DNA of 64,000 bases from the human T2T-CHM13v2.0 reference genome, Homo sapiens: assembly GCF_009914755.1 (NCBI RefSeq), contig NC_060937.1; one strand, 5' to 3'. The translations under genes were made by a program, and so were the position numbers. The notes below the pieces were generated by a model. The model had not been told where the DNA came from and did not search any database. It was given only the letters and a program-made list of their open reading frames with translations. Below, piece after piece: positions 28,250 through 41,057 of this stretch (within the stretch, counting starts at the first letter, position 1; each line of letters starts with the position of its first letter).

Positions 28250-29970
28250 AAATCAGTGTTTTAAATTTTTTCTGGGTTGTAATCCTTTTAATCCTTTTAT
28301 TGTTCCGATCCATTGCTGAAGAATTATTGTGTCCCTTTGGAGGTGTCATATTTCCTTGCTGTTTTATATTTTATGTGTCCTTATGTTGATATCTGCAAAT
28401 ATGGTATAACAGTTGCTTTTTCTGATTTTTTTGGAGTGGCTTTAGTATGGGAGGACTTTTGGGGGGGATATATCTATGGAGTTGGTTGGGTAGGGTTCTG
28501 CACTTGTGCAGTCATGTAGTCTCTATATTATTTCTTTGACTATAAATCAGCATCAGTGGTATCTGTATTATCCTCAGTGACTGAAGGTGTGGTTATTAGT
28601 GGAGGCTGTGGTGAAGTTTTGCTGGGGACAGGGATAAATTGTATCCCAGTCTTTGGGCCCCATGGTGGCATCTGTGGGATGAGCATGCCTGTTCTTGGGC
28701 ACCAGAGCAATGTACACTGGCACTGGTATAAGTTGGTCCAGGTTGGTCAATACTTCGGCTTCCAGGTGGCTTGCTTGGAAGCTAGTAGTGGCAGTTGTGG
28801 GCCACGGGTGTGGGAGGGTTCTTCGGCTCCTGGGCAGCAGGCCTGGTGTGGAAGATGATGATAGCTATATTGGGACAATCCTCTCGGTTCTGAGCAGTGA
28901 AGGCTGGTGTTGGTGATATTTGTATTGAGCTGAGCTGACCAGTCTCCAGGCCTACATGTGGTACAGGCAGGTAGGTGCCAGCTGTGGTGGTAGCAGTAGG
29001 GTAAGGGAGGCCCAACCTCAGGCTTCCAGGAGGAGTGCTCAGGTGCCAATGGTGGTGGACAGGGGTTTGGCAATTACCAGGTCCCTGGACATCATGCTCC
29101 TGCATGAGGGTTGTGAAGCCAGGCTGCGCAGGCTTGTCCCTAGGTCCCCTGAAGGTGTGTGTAGGTACTGGATGTCGTAGGCAGGGCTGAAATTATCTGC
29201 AGGACCCTGGCAGAATGCTTGGGTGGAGAGTAGCAGTGGGTACACTGAGGTCCTGCTACTGAAGATGGTGGGCAGCAGTCAGTGGCAGGCAGGTGGGGAA
29301 GGTGCGCTTCACTTGCACTCTAGCCCCAGTGGCAGCAGCCTGCAGTGATGGCAGCCATGGGTGGGGAACTCTGTGTGGGCTCATGAAAATGAATTGTGGC
29401 TCTGCTGCTCAAGGAGGCAAGTTTGCTGCCAACACCCCATTCTTCCACCCTTGTGACAGCAGCCAGCCATGGTGGTGGCTGCAGGCAAGGGAACTCAGTG
29501 GGGCCCCAGGAATGTGGAGCTGCAGGTGTGGTTAGGCCCCAGTGTAAGGTGCTGTCTGTTCATGGTTGGGTTCTCAAAATAGTGCCTTTTTGGAGCTTCT
29601 TAGGACTTGGGGCATGAGTGGGACTCAATGTCAGCTTTCTCTCTGGAGAAGTGCCATCGTACAGTCTCAGGCAGCTCCCTATTTTAGAACCTGCAAAGTT
29701 TGAGAGGCTCTACCATGGCTAAGATTGCAGTAGTCTGTTCTCTCACTTACCTTTCCTCCACAGTGGGGAGTTTCTCTAGGCTCCAGCCCATCCCAGCCAA
29801 ACAGGTTTCCAGGCTTCTCCCTCCTTCCTTGCTTAGGTGTTTCCTATCACTTCTCTGTTGAATTTGCATGCTTTGTTTTGGATGATCCATTCAAATTGTG
29901 ATTACTCATAATTTGCTTCTTCTTTGTAGAGGAGGCTAGTAGAGTTTTCTTTGGTTAGTCATCATGAAAC
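28250..29970 (-). mobile_element. L1M-type ORF1 start and GC-richer 5'UTR (outer)
   Basis: gatccattgctgaagaattattgtgtccctttggaggtgtc, ttcctatcacttctctgttgaatt; ends ttagtcatcatgaa. Confidence 0.75.
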
Positions 29971-30099
29971 CACTTCTCATTTTTTTTTTTTTTACTGTAC
30001 TAGCAGAGCATCCTCCTCATAAAGTTTATTTTAAAAATTTCCTTTTGTGTTCCCCTAGTACCTTAAATAAAATAAATTATGTTGTTAAATTTAGCTTGT

Positions 30100-30500
30100 A
30101 TGAATAAGAGGTATTACTCCAGGTTCTCTACAAAGCAGAGACCAAGAAAGCATTATGTATGTAAAAGATTTACTGGAAGAACTTTTGTGTATTGAGAAAC
30201 CAGAGGAGGCTGGAAAACCATCGAACTACAATGTAGTACTAAACCCTTTGAAAGGGAAGAATGAAAGGAAGGGAAAACATAAATTCTCAGATTACAATGC
30301 AGTTCACTCTTAGAAGAATCTGGAAACTTACAGGACTGAGCCAACTTTCATATCACAGCCAAATGCAGTAATTGGTTAAGAATACTTCCTCCACAGGAAA
30401 TAGTCTCCGAGCATAAGTAGTGACAGATTTAGACCTCAGCAGCTGGAGTCATGGGTTGCTTATGACCCTACTAGTAGGAGATCTGAGATATGCATTTTTA
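30100..30500 (-). mobile_element. Old ERVL-class LTR (LTR16/33/67-like), copy 1
   Basis: ggttctctacaaagcagagaccaaga..aaagatttactgg..ctcagattacaatgcagtt..cagcagctgg. Confidence 0.6.
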
Positions 30501-32450
30501 CGACAGTTTTCCTGCTGTTTCACCCGGATCTACTTCTCCAGCAGATTTGTGTGAAGGCTTTTCTATTGTATCTGCAGGCCTTTCTTCCTGAGAGGAAAGT
30601 CAGAAGAGGAAAGTTAGTAGGATGAATTATAGGCCCAGGCTGCAGATGCCCCCAGGGCTCCAACTGGTACTCATTCCCCCACCCTGTTATACATTAAATT
30701 TTTTTCTCACTGTCAGCTAGTAACTTGGCAAGTCACACTGGCTTTTCTTGTGTGGCTGCTGAATGCTTAATAATCTTAAGCTTCTTGGTCTAGGTTTGCT
30801 GCATATGTTTATTCACAAACATAGTACAACACAGAATTACTATGAGAAACTCAAATGAATTAACTGGACATCACAAAGATTGTTTCCTCCCTAAAAGCAG
30901 CCCTATCTCTTCCTACTGATCAAGATCAATTATTCCTGCCAGTATAGTGACAATTCTTTTCACCTGGTAAACTTTGGGCACAAGGAGTCTGAACTTCCCT
31001 GGTAGTCATAAATGGTAGTCCATTGGGACACTTGCTGCTTCTAGTCACCAAAATACACCAGCTTTGAGGAACAGGACCTTCAAGCTGATGAACCCAGATT
31101 TGCAGAGATGGGAAGCAAATCCTTCATTAAATCAATAGGAAGTGTAGTAAGTGGAGTTACTCGTTTTTCTCCTCCTTGGTTTCAAGACCTTCTGTTCTTT
31201 CTAATGATGAACAACTTTTTTCTTCCTATGAAATACCACATCCTTTTTGATTATTGTCTTACACCTGAGACTTGAGGAGGGTGCATTTAGAAGCTCTTCC
31301 AACACCTTGTGATACCAGCTGCTTATGGATGGGTCTGTGTGTGATACAATGATTGAAGCCCATGGGTTTGGGCTTTGCCCCTCACATCCTTCACTGTCAA
31401 GAGGGTTTCCTGATCAGAAGCTACGCTGTGTATCAGGCAGGTACCATAAGCACCAGTGAAGGATTTTGGCTCAGACTCAAGGGTGGCAAAGCAGACTTAT
31501 AACCAGAATGGGTATCCACGACCTTCGTGGAAGGGAGAAGCTCAATATAGTCAATTTACCACCAAGTGTCCTTTAGGTTCCTTTAAGGGATATTCATATT
31601 AAAGGTTGACAAGTTGGTCTTTCAGAGGCAGGAGTAGCTAGATCAGCTATTATAATTAAGCGTCTAAGCTCTTAGATCCACATGTAGTCTCCAACTTTGC
31701 CACTCCATTCTGTGACAATTCAGGCAGTTTTCATGTGACTGATAATAAAGCATGATGTTAACCAAATTTTATGGGAGGTCATTGTCTTGAACTGCCTTCC
31801 TGCACTAGGCCTCAGTAGACCAGACCAAACCAGAATGGAGTCACTCCTGATAAGTGCCACTTAATCAAACTGAACTTTGAAATGGGCAAAATTTCAAAAA
31901 GAAAAACAAGCAAGATTCCAGTCAATTCAATTTAGCATAATAAGGAAGTCCCCTCGTTTTAATTCTGTAAGGAAAGTAACCCTGGAACAAGCAATTCACT
32001 TTCCATTCATTATTTCTTTCTTCAGTCTTTTTCTGCCTATGAAGCCATCCTTTTCTGCTCAGCTCAGGGAAGCTCTTATTCTACAGAATAGAATGCTACC
32101 CCAATTCATGAATCATGAAAGAAAGCCAGTTATATCATTAACTAAATGTATTGTAGTCTTGTCCTTTGACACTGGCTAACACCAACTGGCAGATGACTGA
32201 CCTGGGACTTTGTGCCAAGAATGATTCGAGCCTCACCTTCCAACAGAGATGGCATCCTCTCACCCGCCAGCAAGGGGGTGGGTCAGTCATAAATCCCCAT
32301 CTTACTGCTGCATTTCTCAGGCTATTCTTGGCATCACTTGTGTTAGCTTGGTAACACAATAATCCAACATCAAGATGACATTAGACATTCTAGAGGATCA
32401 AACAACTTACTGCTGGTAAATACCTTGAGAGAATTTTCTCAACAAGGAAG
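30501..32450 (-). mobile_element. Decayed ERVL internal sequence
   Basis: ctgatcaagatcaattattcctgccagtatagtgac, gaggaacaggacct..gaacccaga..gatgggaagca; lies between two similar LTRs. Confidence 0.55.
31756..32171 (+). mobile_element. MER34-like ERV1 solo LTR
   Basis: tgtt..tttatgggaggtcattgt..ctgcactaggcc..agaccagaccaaaccagaatggagtcactc..gtcctttgaca. Confidence 0.8.
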
Positions 32451-32456
32451 ACAGGC

Positions 32457-32972
32457 TGTTGGGAAAGGTAGTTTGTGGGGTCTTTCCACCCCCAGTTGAC
32501 TGCATAAAAATGGGCCTTGATCCTAGAAATTTTTTATTGCAAAACATCAAAAGCCCAGATAGCCTCTGCAGGGCCTATTGTCTTATATGCAAGTATCTTT
32601 TCTTATAAGCTCAGGGTGCACTCCTTTGTTCCGTTTAAGCTCGTAAGTCAATGGTCCTCAGGAACATACCCAGTTTTTACTATTTCAGACTCCATGGAGG
32701 AGGGGTTGGGTTCTTCTGCTTCAGCCCGACAGGGGTGCGTGTAGGCCAATTGCCCATTCTCAGCCACCTGCCTGGGTGACCTGCCTGGGTGACGTGCTAG
32801 CCATAAGGGATCACAGCACTCTATTAAGCTTATCTTGTTCTGTTTCTTCTCTCTGTAAGTAAAGTGTGTTGTTCTACCCAGTGCTTGACCATGTTGCATT
32901 TTTCTTAGTGACTCCAGTTCCAAGATGCAATAGGAAGAAGTGTTTGGATCCTCCCCCTGGGATTGATAACTG
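32457..32972 (+). mobile_element. MER74/MER73-like ERVL LTR
   Basis: tgttgggaaaggtagt..ctgcataaaaatgggccttg..gtaagtaaagtg..gggattgataac. Confidence 0.6.
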
Positions 32973-32989
32973 CTGTGAAGTGTTCTGCT

Positions 32990-33320
32990 CCGGAGAGCAT
33001 AAGGAAGTTGGGAGAGATGTCAAACAGCAATTCTATCCTGATCTCTGTGAAAAAAGGAGAAAGGAAATAAATTTTTCAATTGCAGTGCAGTATTAAGAAA
33101 ATTTGGCAAGGCCAATGGAAATTCCTACAGGAAAAATCATCTGTCTGAGGATTCTCACAGCTCATAGGAATAGGCTAGCTTGAGAATCTCTGTCATACTC
33201 AGTTATCAGTTGGAACAACCATGAGAAGCATGTTCAGCACCACTATAGAGATGAATTAGACTGCAGCAGCTGGGAACATTATCCCTTTGCTTTCCTCACA
33301 GTAGTATATGCAAGACCACC
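32990..33320 (-). mobile_element. Old ERVL-class LTR, copy 2
   Basis: attgcagtgcagtattaagaaaatttggcaaggccaatgg..catactcagttatcagttgg..gcagcagctgg. Confidence 0.6.
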
Positions 33321-33852
33321 AGAGTGGGCTAGCTCATTTGGGACCACCACACCTGGTGATGTCAACCAAACACAGAAAATTTATGTCGGAAAGCATAAGA
33401 ATCTATCAAAGCACAAAGCGCTGTTAGGGCTAAGATCTCAGGAAAAAAATGAAGCAGAGAGGGGAGTCCAAACTTGAGTGCTGCTTTTGCCCTCAACACA
33501 TCTGCTAATTTTAAGCAGCATTCTTCTCTTCCATGCACCCACCAGTTTTAAAGTAGCTCTTTTCTCCTCAGTGTACCGGGAAATTCTAAAGAAGCTGGGA
33601 CAAGTCTGAGAATTTTAACAGAATTGACAATGAGATGCTGACAAACGGAAGAAAGGCTGATATTCGTGTAGGATCATGGGTGGGATATTTTGAATATCAG
33701 TACCTGTCAAGAAATGTTTGCCAAAAGCGGAAACCAATAGAACCTGGAATATGTTGGACAGCTGAATACAAAACATTTTAAAATGTGGAAAAAATGGACA
33801 ATCCATAAATTACCACCCACACATTTATCTTTCTAAAACTGACATAATAAGA

Positions 33853-33855
<3 letters not shown>

Positions 33856-33884
<29 letters not shown>
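33856..33884. repeat. (TG)n microsatellite
   Basis: Direct reading. Confidence 0.97.
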
Positions 33885-33886
<2 letters not shown>

Positions 33887-33899
33887 ATCCACAATTTAA

Positions 33900-34270
33900 A
33901 ATGTTCCCACAGACCAGAACAGTTTTCCTCACTGGTGAAATTTCCATACTCTTTGTAGGAAAAATTAAACACTGATCAAAGTCACCCATATTTTTAAAAG
34001 AAAAAGGAACATTTCCTAGCCCATATTTTAGGGCTGGTATAACCTTGAAAATTGAACCTAACAAGAATAGATTAAGTTGAAGAGTATATAGTGAATCCCT
34101 CTCCTGAATATAAATGCAAAAATTCTGAAGAAAAACAAGTAAACAAAAAGAAACTTGAGCCAGTGGTATATAAAAGATTAAATACATTATTTGCATTTGA
34201 GTTTATACCAGGAACTCAAACATTTTTACATTTAAGTATCAATCAATATATTGCATAATATTCACAAAAA
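33900..34270 (+). mobile_element. Old L1 ORF2 (RT-region) fragment
   Basis: ggtataaccttga, tgaatataaatgcaaaaattct, gagtttataccaggaa, atcaatcaatatatt. Confidence 0.7.
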
Positions 34271-35329
34271 CCCTGAGGAAAAACATAACTGAAACCAAAT
34301 TGAATATCAGAGATGTTCTCAAACACACAGTTAAAGAACTAACAATAACAAAAATATATACAATAGTAATTTCAGACTCCCTGTTGAAAAGAACTAAAAT
34401 AATCTTGAGAAGAGACTTGAAATGGATTATAGTTTGTGGTCCAGAGATAATGAGTATGCACGACATATGGTTCACACTTTAGTACAAATTAATAATTCCT
34501 CTGGTAAGTGGACATGAATGGTGAGTATTGATACGTCAAAACCTTTGAGGCTGAAAAGCAGGTAGAATAAATTTTATTTATAATGGAAGAATTTTGAAAA
34601 TGCAATTTCTTCATCAATGTTCAAAATTAGACATTAGAATAGAAATAGATGCAAAAATTAAGTAACTGGCTACATAATGTAAACAGATAAGATAACATGA
34701 ATTGGAACATTGTTTAAAGCACAGGCATTGTCAACCATTGATTAGAGTTATGATCTCACAAGTGAAAGAAATGAACTTATTTGAGGAGTTGCTTAACTGA
34801 TCAAGGGGACCTAACTGAAATTTGATGCAATATATGCAAAAGTGCCTAGAAAATGTTATAGGCAATAGTGTTGAATTGGAATAAGAATCTTTATATTAGG
34901 GATTAGACGGAGAAAGAGAAAATGGATACATGTATCGTCGATTGGATGTTATAAAAAGCAAAAATATGTTTTGAAATGGAGGATAGTTCTCATAAAGTAA
35001 AAATAAAGAAAATAAGATCAGAAGAAGTACTTTCCAAACAACATAGTAATGTATAAGATTTTCTGTAAAATTCAGTTCAAAAATATAAATGCAATTTATA
35101 GCTACAATCTGGCTTAAGGAAAATGATATTTTCCACTTTAATAGCCAGTGTACATCTGAGTCTATCCCAAAAGAAGCAGCTCTATTTCAGAACAGTGTAT
35201 GCCTGCAAGATTAAGAAGCCTGATTACTAATATATGGCAGAGTTTTTTTTTTATCTTAGAAAAAAGAATAAGAATATATAACCCTTCAAAGCCCTCATGT
35301 TCATCATGCTAGTTATTTATGAAACAACA

Positions 35330-37146
35330 GTATAAAATTTACTTTCCAAGAAATCTTTATAAACTCAATTAAGAAAAAAGGTATCCTGCATATACCTACA
35401 CAAGTTAAAAAGTTAAATTTATCATTTAAAATATTTCCTATAAATAAAACTGCAGGCCTGTATGACTTTAACAGTGAATTACACCAGCTATTTAAGAAAT
35501 AATTAATACCAGCAAAACTCAGAAAAACTCTTCCAGAAAATAAACGAGGAATAAATATTTTCCAGATTGTTTTACAAAAGTAGTGTCAACCTGATATTAC
35601 CTCGATAGAGTAAGATGTCACAAGCAGAAAGGCCTCAAGATGAAAATCAAAGAAACAAATTATAGCTAAATATTAATATTCCTTGTGAACATAGATTCAC
35701 AAATTGTTTTAAAAAGCTATCAAATTGAAATGAGAAACATGTTAATAGGATAATATATAAAAGTAAATTGCATTTTATCTCAGTAATAAAAGGTAAGTTT
35801 AACTGTTATGCAAATCAAGCAATAACATCCAACATATTAAGAAACTAAAAGAGAGAAAATGTAGAATCATGACAAAAGACACAAAACATTTGATAAAATT
35901 TAGCACCTATGTATTCAACATTATACTGGAGGTCCTAGCATGTGCAATAAACAACAACAAAAAAATCCATACATAAATGGCAAATATGTTTGCAAAGTAA
36001 ATTAAGTTTATATTTGCTTACAGAATCCATGAAAGTTATGCAGACACTGTAAAGGAATTTATAGAAAAGATGTTGGAACTAATATGTGAATTTAGCAAGG
36101 TAATAGGGTACCAAATTGATTGTATTTCTACATATGCACAATAAAAAGCTGAAATGAATTTTTAAAAATATTTTATATTAGGATTATTAATAGGAAAGAT
36201 TTATGTTTAAATTAAATAAGATATGCTTACGTGCTATATAATAAAAACCATAAAACTTTGCTGAGAAAAATTTTAAAAATGAAATAATTTTAAAAAATAT
36301 TTTATAGTAGCATTGTAAGTATATTTTATAGTACTATTGGAAATATGAAATATTTCAGTTTGACAACATATATAAAAGTGCTATATAATAAACACTAAGA
36401 AACTATAGAGAAAAATTCAAGAAAATATACATGGGTAAACTTATTTCAGGTTCATAGTCCTGAAAGTAATGTATGATTATGTCAGTTCTCATTATGTTGA
36501 TGCATACATTAAACACATTCCCAATTACAATCATAGTTGGATTTATAAGAGAGAATGAAAAGATGATTTTAAAATTTATACAGAATTTCAGAGAGATTGG
36601 TTACAAGAAACAAAGTTAGAAGTTTTAACCTACCTTGTTGCAAGATATATTTTAAATTTACATTTATCAACATAGTGGGCTGTTTCTTTAAATATAGATG
36701 TATACATAAAAAGATCAGAATAGATTTGGGAAACATGTCCATATATGTATATTCAATTTTCTTTAATAATTCTGAGAGGATACTTCAAAAAAGAACAAGC
36801 CTTTTTAAAAAATTATGCTTGTATAATTAGACACCCATCAGTAAAAAAAAAGTAGCTCATCTTTTATCTCACATTATACAAAAAACTAATTTAGATTGTT
36901 TCACTAAGTAATTATAGAGCAAAAATTATAAAACTAACTTCCACAAATCAATAAAGGACAAAATAATTTATGGCTTTGGATTAGGCAATATAGAATACAA
37001 AAAGGCAGACAATGAGAAAAAAAGATGATATATGGACTTGGTAGATATGAAAAACTTTTACTTTTAAAAAAATACTAAAATAAACGAAATAAACTAACCA
37101 TAGTCTGGCAGAAAATGTATTAGTTTTGTCTGTGTCTGTGTGTGTA

Positions 37147-37178
<32 letters not shown>

Positions 37179-37447
37179 AGAGAGAGGAAGAGAGAGAAAA
37201 GGAGAAAGACAGAATTTTATAAACAGTCACAACAAAATGATATTATGTCAAACACTCCAATTGAAAACAGACAAAAAAATTAGTATTAAGAGATCAACAA
37301 CAAAGGCACTATGACTCGCCAACATTATTAATCATCAGGGAAATGGTGGCTAAAACTATAAGGAGAGAACATTACAATTGTTTGAATTAAACAGAATGGC
37401 AGAATCAAGATTTAACAAACATGTGGATCAACTAAACCTGTAATATA
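35330..37447 (+). mobile_element. Old L1M ORF2
   Basis: aaactcttccagaaaata, tattcaacattatactggaggtcctagc, gaatttagcaaggt, taatcatcagggaaatg. Confidence 0.8.
37125..37200. repeat. (TG)n-(GA)n compound repeat
   Basis: Direct reading. Confidence 0.9.
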
Positions 37448-37448
37448 T

Positions 37449-38453
37449 TGGGATCTAATGAAATTAAAGAGCTTCTGCACAGCGAAAGAAAATACCATCA
37501 GAATGAACAGGCAACTTACAGAATGGGAGAAGATTTTTGTAATCTATCCATCTAACAAAGGGCTAATATCCAGAATCTACAAGGAACTTAAACAAATGTA
37601 CAAGAAAAAAACAAACAACCTCATCAAAAAGTGGGTGAAGGATATGAACAGACACTTCTCAAAATAAGACATTTATGCAGCCAACAAACATGAAAAAAAA
37701 AGCTCATCATCACTGGTCATTAGAGAAATGCAAATTGAAACCACAGTGAGATACCATCTCATGCCAGTTAGAATGGCGATCATTAAAACGTCAGGAAACG
37801 AGATGCTGGAGAGGATGTGGAGAAATAGGAATGCGTTTACACTGTTGGGAGTGTAAATTAGTTCAACCATTGTGGAAGACACTGTGGCAATTCCTCAAGG
37901 ATCTAGAACAAGAAATACCATTTGACCCTGCAATCCCATTACTGGGTATATACCCAAAGGATTATAAATCATTCTACTATAAAGACACATGCACATGTAT
38001 GTTTATTGTGGCACTGTTCACAATAGTAAAGACTTGGAACCAATCCAAATGCCCATCAGTGATAGACTGGATAAGGATAATGTGGCACATATACACCATG
38101 GAATACTATGCAGCCATAAAAAGGATAAATTCATGTCCCTTGCAGGGACATGGATGAGGCTGGAAACCATCATTCTCAGCAAACTAACACAGGAACAGAA
38201 AACCAAACACCGCACATTCTCACTGATAAGTGGGAGTCAAACAATGAGAACACAGGGACCCAGGGAGGGGAACATCACACACTGGGGTCTGTCAGGGGGT
38301 GGGGGGCTAGGGGAGGGACAGCATTAGGAGAAATACCTAATGTAGCTGACAGGTTGATGGGTGCAGCAAACCAACATGGCATGGGTATACCTATGTAACA
38401 AACCTGCACATTCTGCACATGTATCTCAGAACTTAAACTATAATTAAAAAAAG
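37449..38453 (+). mobile_element. L1PA (about PA7/8) 5'-truncated, ~1 kb
   Basis: ORFs [16 protein letters not shown] and LHCWECKLVQPLWK are the ORF2p C-terminus; canonical 3'UTR and short A tail. Confidence 0.96.
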
Positions 38454-40017
38454 AGTTTCTCCATTTTCATAGACCCATTATTTTCCAGTCTGACATTTAA
38501 GACCTGATCAGAATGGTTTGTCACATCTAGCATTAGTGGAGGTTTTTAAAAATTCTATTCAGAGAAAAATTTACAGTTCTTAGCTGGAGAAATAATGCTG
38601 AAGGCTAAGTATAAGGAATAAAACATGGAATTTTCCAGGAGACCATACTACAAGTCAAGAAAAGCTGATCTAAGTTTAAATGTGGTGAATTAGGTGAGTT
38701 TGAACTCAACTTTCAAGACTAAGACCATTAACAATAACATGTGCCTGCTTAAAGAAGCACTGCAAGCTTGGTCAGCCACAAAAAAGCTCCAGGAGTAACA
38801 AGGATTGCCTATCAAAGGAGAGTGGAGACTCAGCAAATATAAAGGGAATGGGTTGTAGAAAGTAGAATAAGGAACTATGGATAAAGTCTAGGAAATGTCA
38901 GGAATTTGTAGATATTTGCTCATAAAGCTAGAGGTATTAATGAGGTACTGCTTTGTGTTTCTTTTTGACATTATAAAACACTATAAAGTTTTCTTATCCA
39001 ATTAAAGCAATAAAGCAGAAATTTTATGAAATGTAACTTCTTGGCAGAAAAACTTCTCAGGAATAATCATGTTCAAAGATATATGATATGTTCTTATTAT
39101 TGATGATATAATTTCATAGAATGGCAGTTCTCTGTGGAATGACCACTTGGCATTATTTGTTTCCACGCTGGGTAGAATGGTGTTGATATAACTAGATAGG
39201 TTAAAAAATACGCCTAAAAAACTTTAGGAGAAAAAAAGCACAGTGTGTTGTGTGATATACGATATATATTTTAAAGAATAGTTAATGTTTTCATTGTTGC
39301 TCATACATTAATCTATGAATTTAAAAACATGTATTTATAATAAAATGTATCATCCAAACCTACACGGTAATTTACCTACAAGGTAAATCATACGTAATTG
39401 CAAGAAGTAAAGAGATTGATTGTCTGGGGGAAAAAAGATGAGAGAAAATATACGTATAGTACAAAGAAAAAAATACAAAACTTGAATTTGATAGATCAGG
39501 AAGGAAGGCAGGTCCAACACAGTGAGGTCAGAGAAATCCTGAACAAGAAGTCAATCAGAAAAGTTTTACAAGGAACAAATGATTAAAACTAGGCCTTAAA
39601 ACAGGAAAAAGAAAAAAAATAGACATGAGGAATGTATGAACAGCTTTCTCAAAATGGTGAAAGTAGAAACCTAGTTTTGAGAACCCCTGATATGTCTAGT
39701 TTGGTTGTGGCATGAATATCAACAGGACACTTAGTGTTGGCTACCATGCAAAGGTAAGTGTAGATGACACACATTACAAAACTTAAACCTAGAGCTAAAG
39801 GATAAACACTAAACATTTTGTCTAGAAGGGTGTTCAGAAGTCCAGTTTAGCAAGATGAATCTGCAAGTAAATTAGAATGACAAGAGACCATGATGGAGAA
39901 ATTCAAATAAGAAACAATGAAAAAAATGTTAAAAGAGAACTAAGAAGGAGATAAGATATAGCAGTACCAGATGATATGGTAAAAGATGTAAAACACTAAA
40001 TTTAAGATCTTAAATCT

Positions 40018-40277
40018 GGGTCGGGCGTGGTGGCTCATGTCTGTAATCCCAGCACTTTGGGAGGCTGAGGCGGGTGGATCACAAGAGTAGGAGATGGAGA
40101 CCATTCTGGCTAACATGGTGAAACCCCATCTCTCCTAAAAATACAAAAAATTATCTGGGCGTGGTGGCGGGCAAGAGAATGGCATGAACCCTGGAGTTGG
40201 AGCTTGCGATGAGCCCAGATCGCGCCACTGCACTCCAGCCTGGGCGACAGAGCAAGACTCCATTTCAAAAAAAAAAA
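40018..40277 (+). mobile_element. AluY-like with internal deletion
   Basis: Alu dimer lacking ~33 nt of the right arm; TSD aagatctta(a/g)atct. Confidence 0.93.
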
Positions 40278-41057
40278 GATCTTAGATCTGAAAACATAAA
40301 ATATTAAAAAGCATCTGAAAATAGATCGTATCAGGTGAACATATACTAATATCTTAGTTTGTATTAATACGCAAAATCTCTCCCCATTTCTCTCCTACAA
40401 CCCTCAAACAACAAACTCAGCTGTGCAAGGAACATAGTTTTCTTCAGTGCTCTATAGCCCAACTATGTCTGTAGTTTCTATTTCTTCAGTTGCTGGAAAC
40501 TGGATCTCAGTCTATTGTTTCACTTTTGATAACAGGCTTGTGTATATGTAGAGAAAGGAAAAAGGTAGGCATCTGATCTTCTTCCCAATCATTATGTTGT
40601 CAAGCTGGCATCTGCTAGGACAGCCACACAAGTCATTGTTGTCTTGTTTTTTAACAGTGTCTTTGAATCCAGATGTTCCTCTTCTTCAGTCACTCTCAGT
40701 ACATGCTCACAATGCTACTTCTTTGAATCTTTCTGGTGTTTAGAAAAGTTGGTGGGGCTGTCAGAAAACATTTCATGCTACAGTTGAACACACACCAGTC
40801 ACTCTGTTGTGACTATGTTGAAACTTGTAGAGCTTGCTGAGAATGTCTTGGGAACTTCTGTCTAGATACACCTTACATTTATTTTAGATATGGGTTTTTG
40901 CAGCCTCTATGAGTTCTAAACCACAATAGATAAAGAAGGGTTATCTGCCATATAGGCTATTCCCCATTAAGGTTTAGGGATTTCTGTTGCTAGGATTCCC
41001 AAATGTAGTCCCTGAACGGAAGAAGTTCCTAATCATTTGTAGTATCTGTAGTATCTA

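Noticed and set aside
27600-29650. GC-richer stretch with many overlapping ORFs, resembling a gene or CpG island
   Set aside because: CpG-depleted and explained by old L1 5'UTRs; the ORFs reflect low stop-codon density
40380-41040. Unassigned ~650-bp segment
   Set aside because: Probably an old LTR or unique DNA; I could not identify termini, an ORF or a motif
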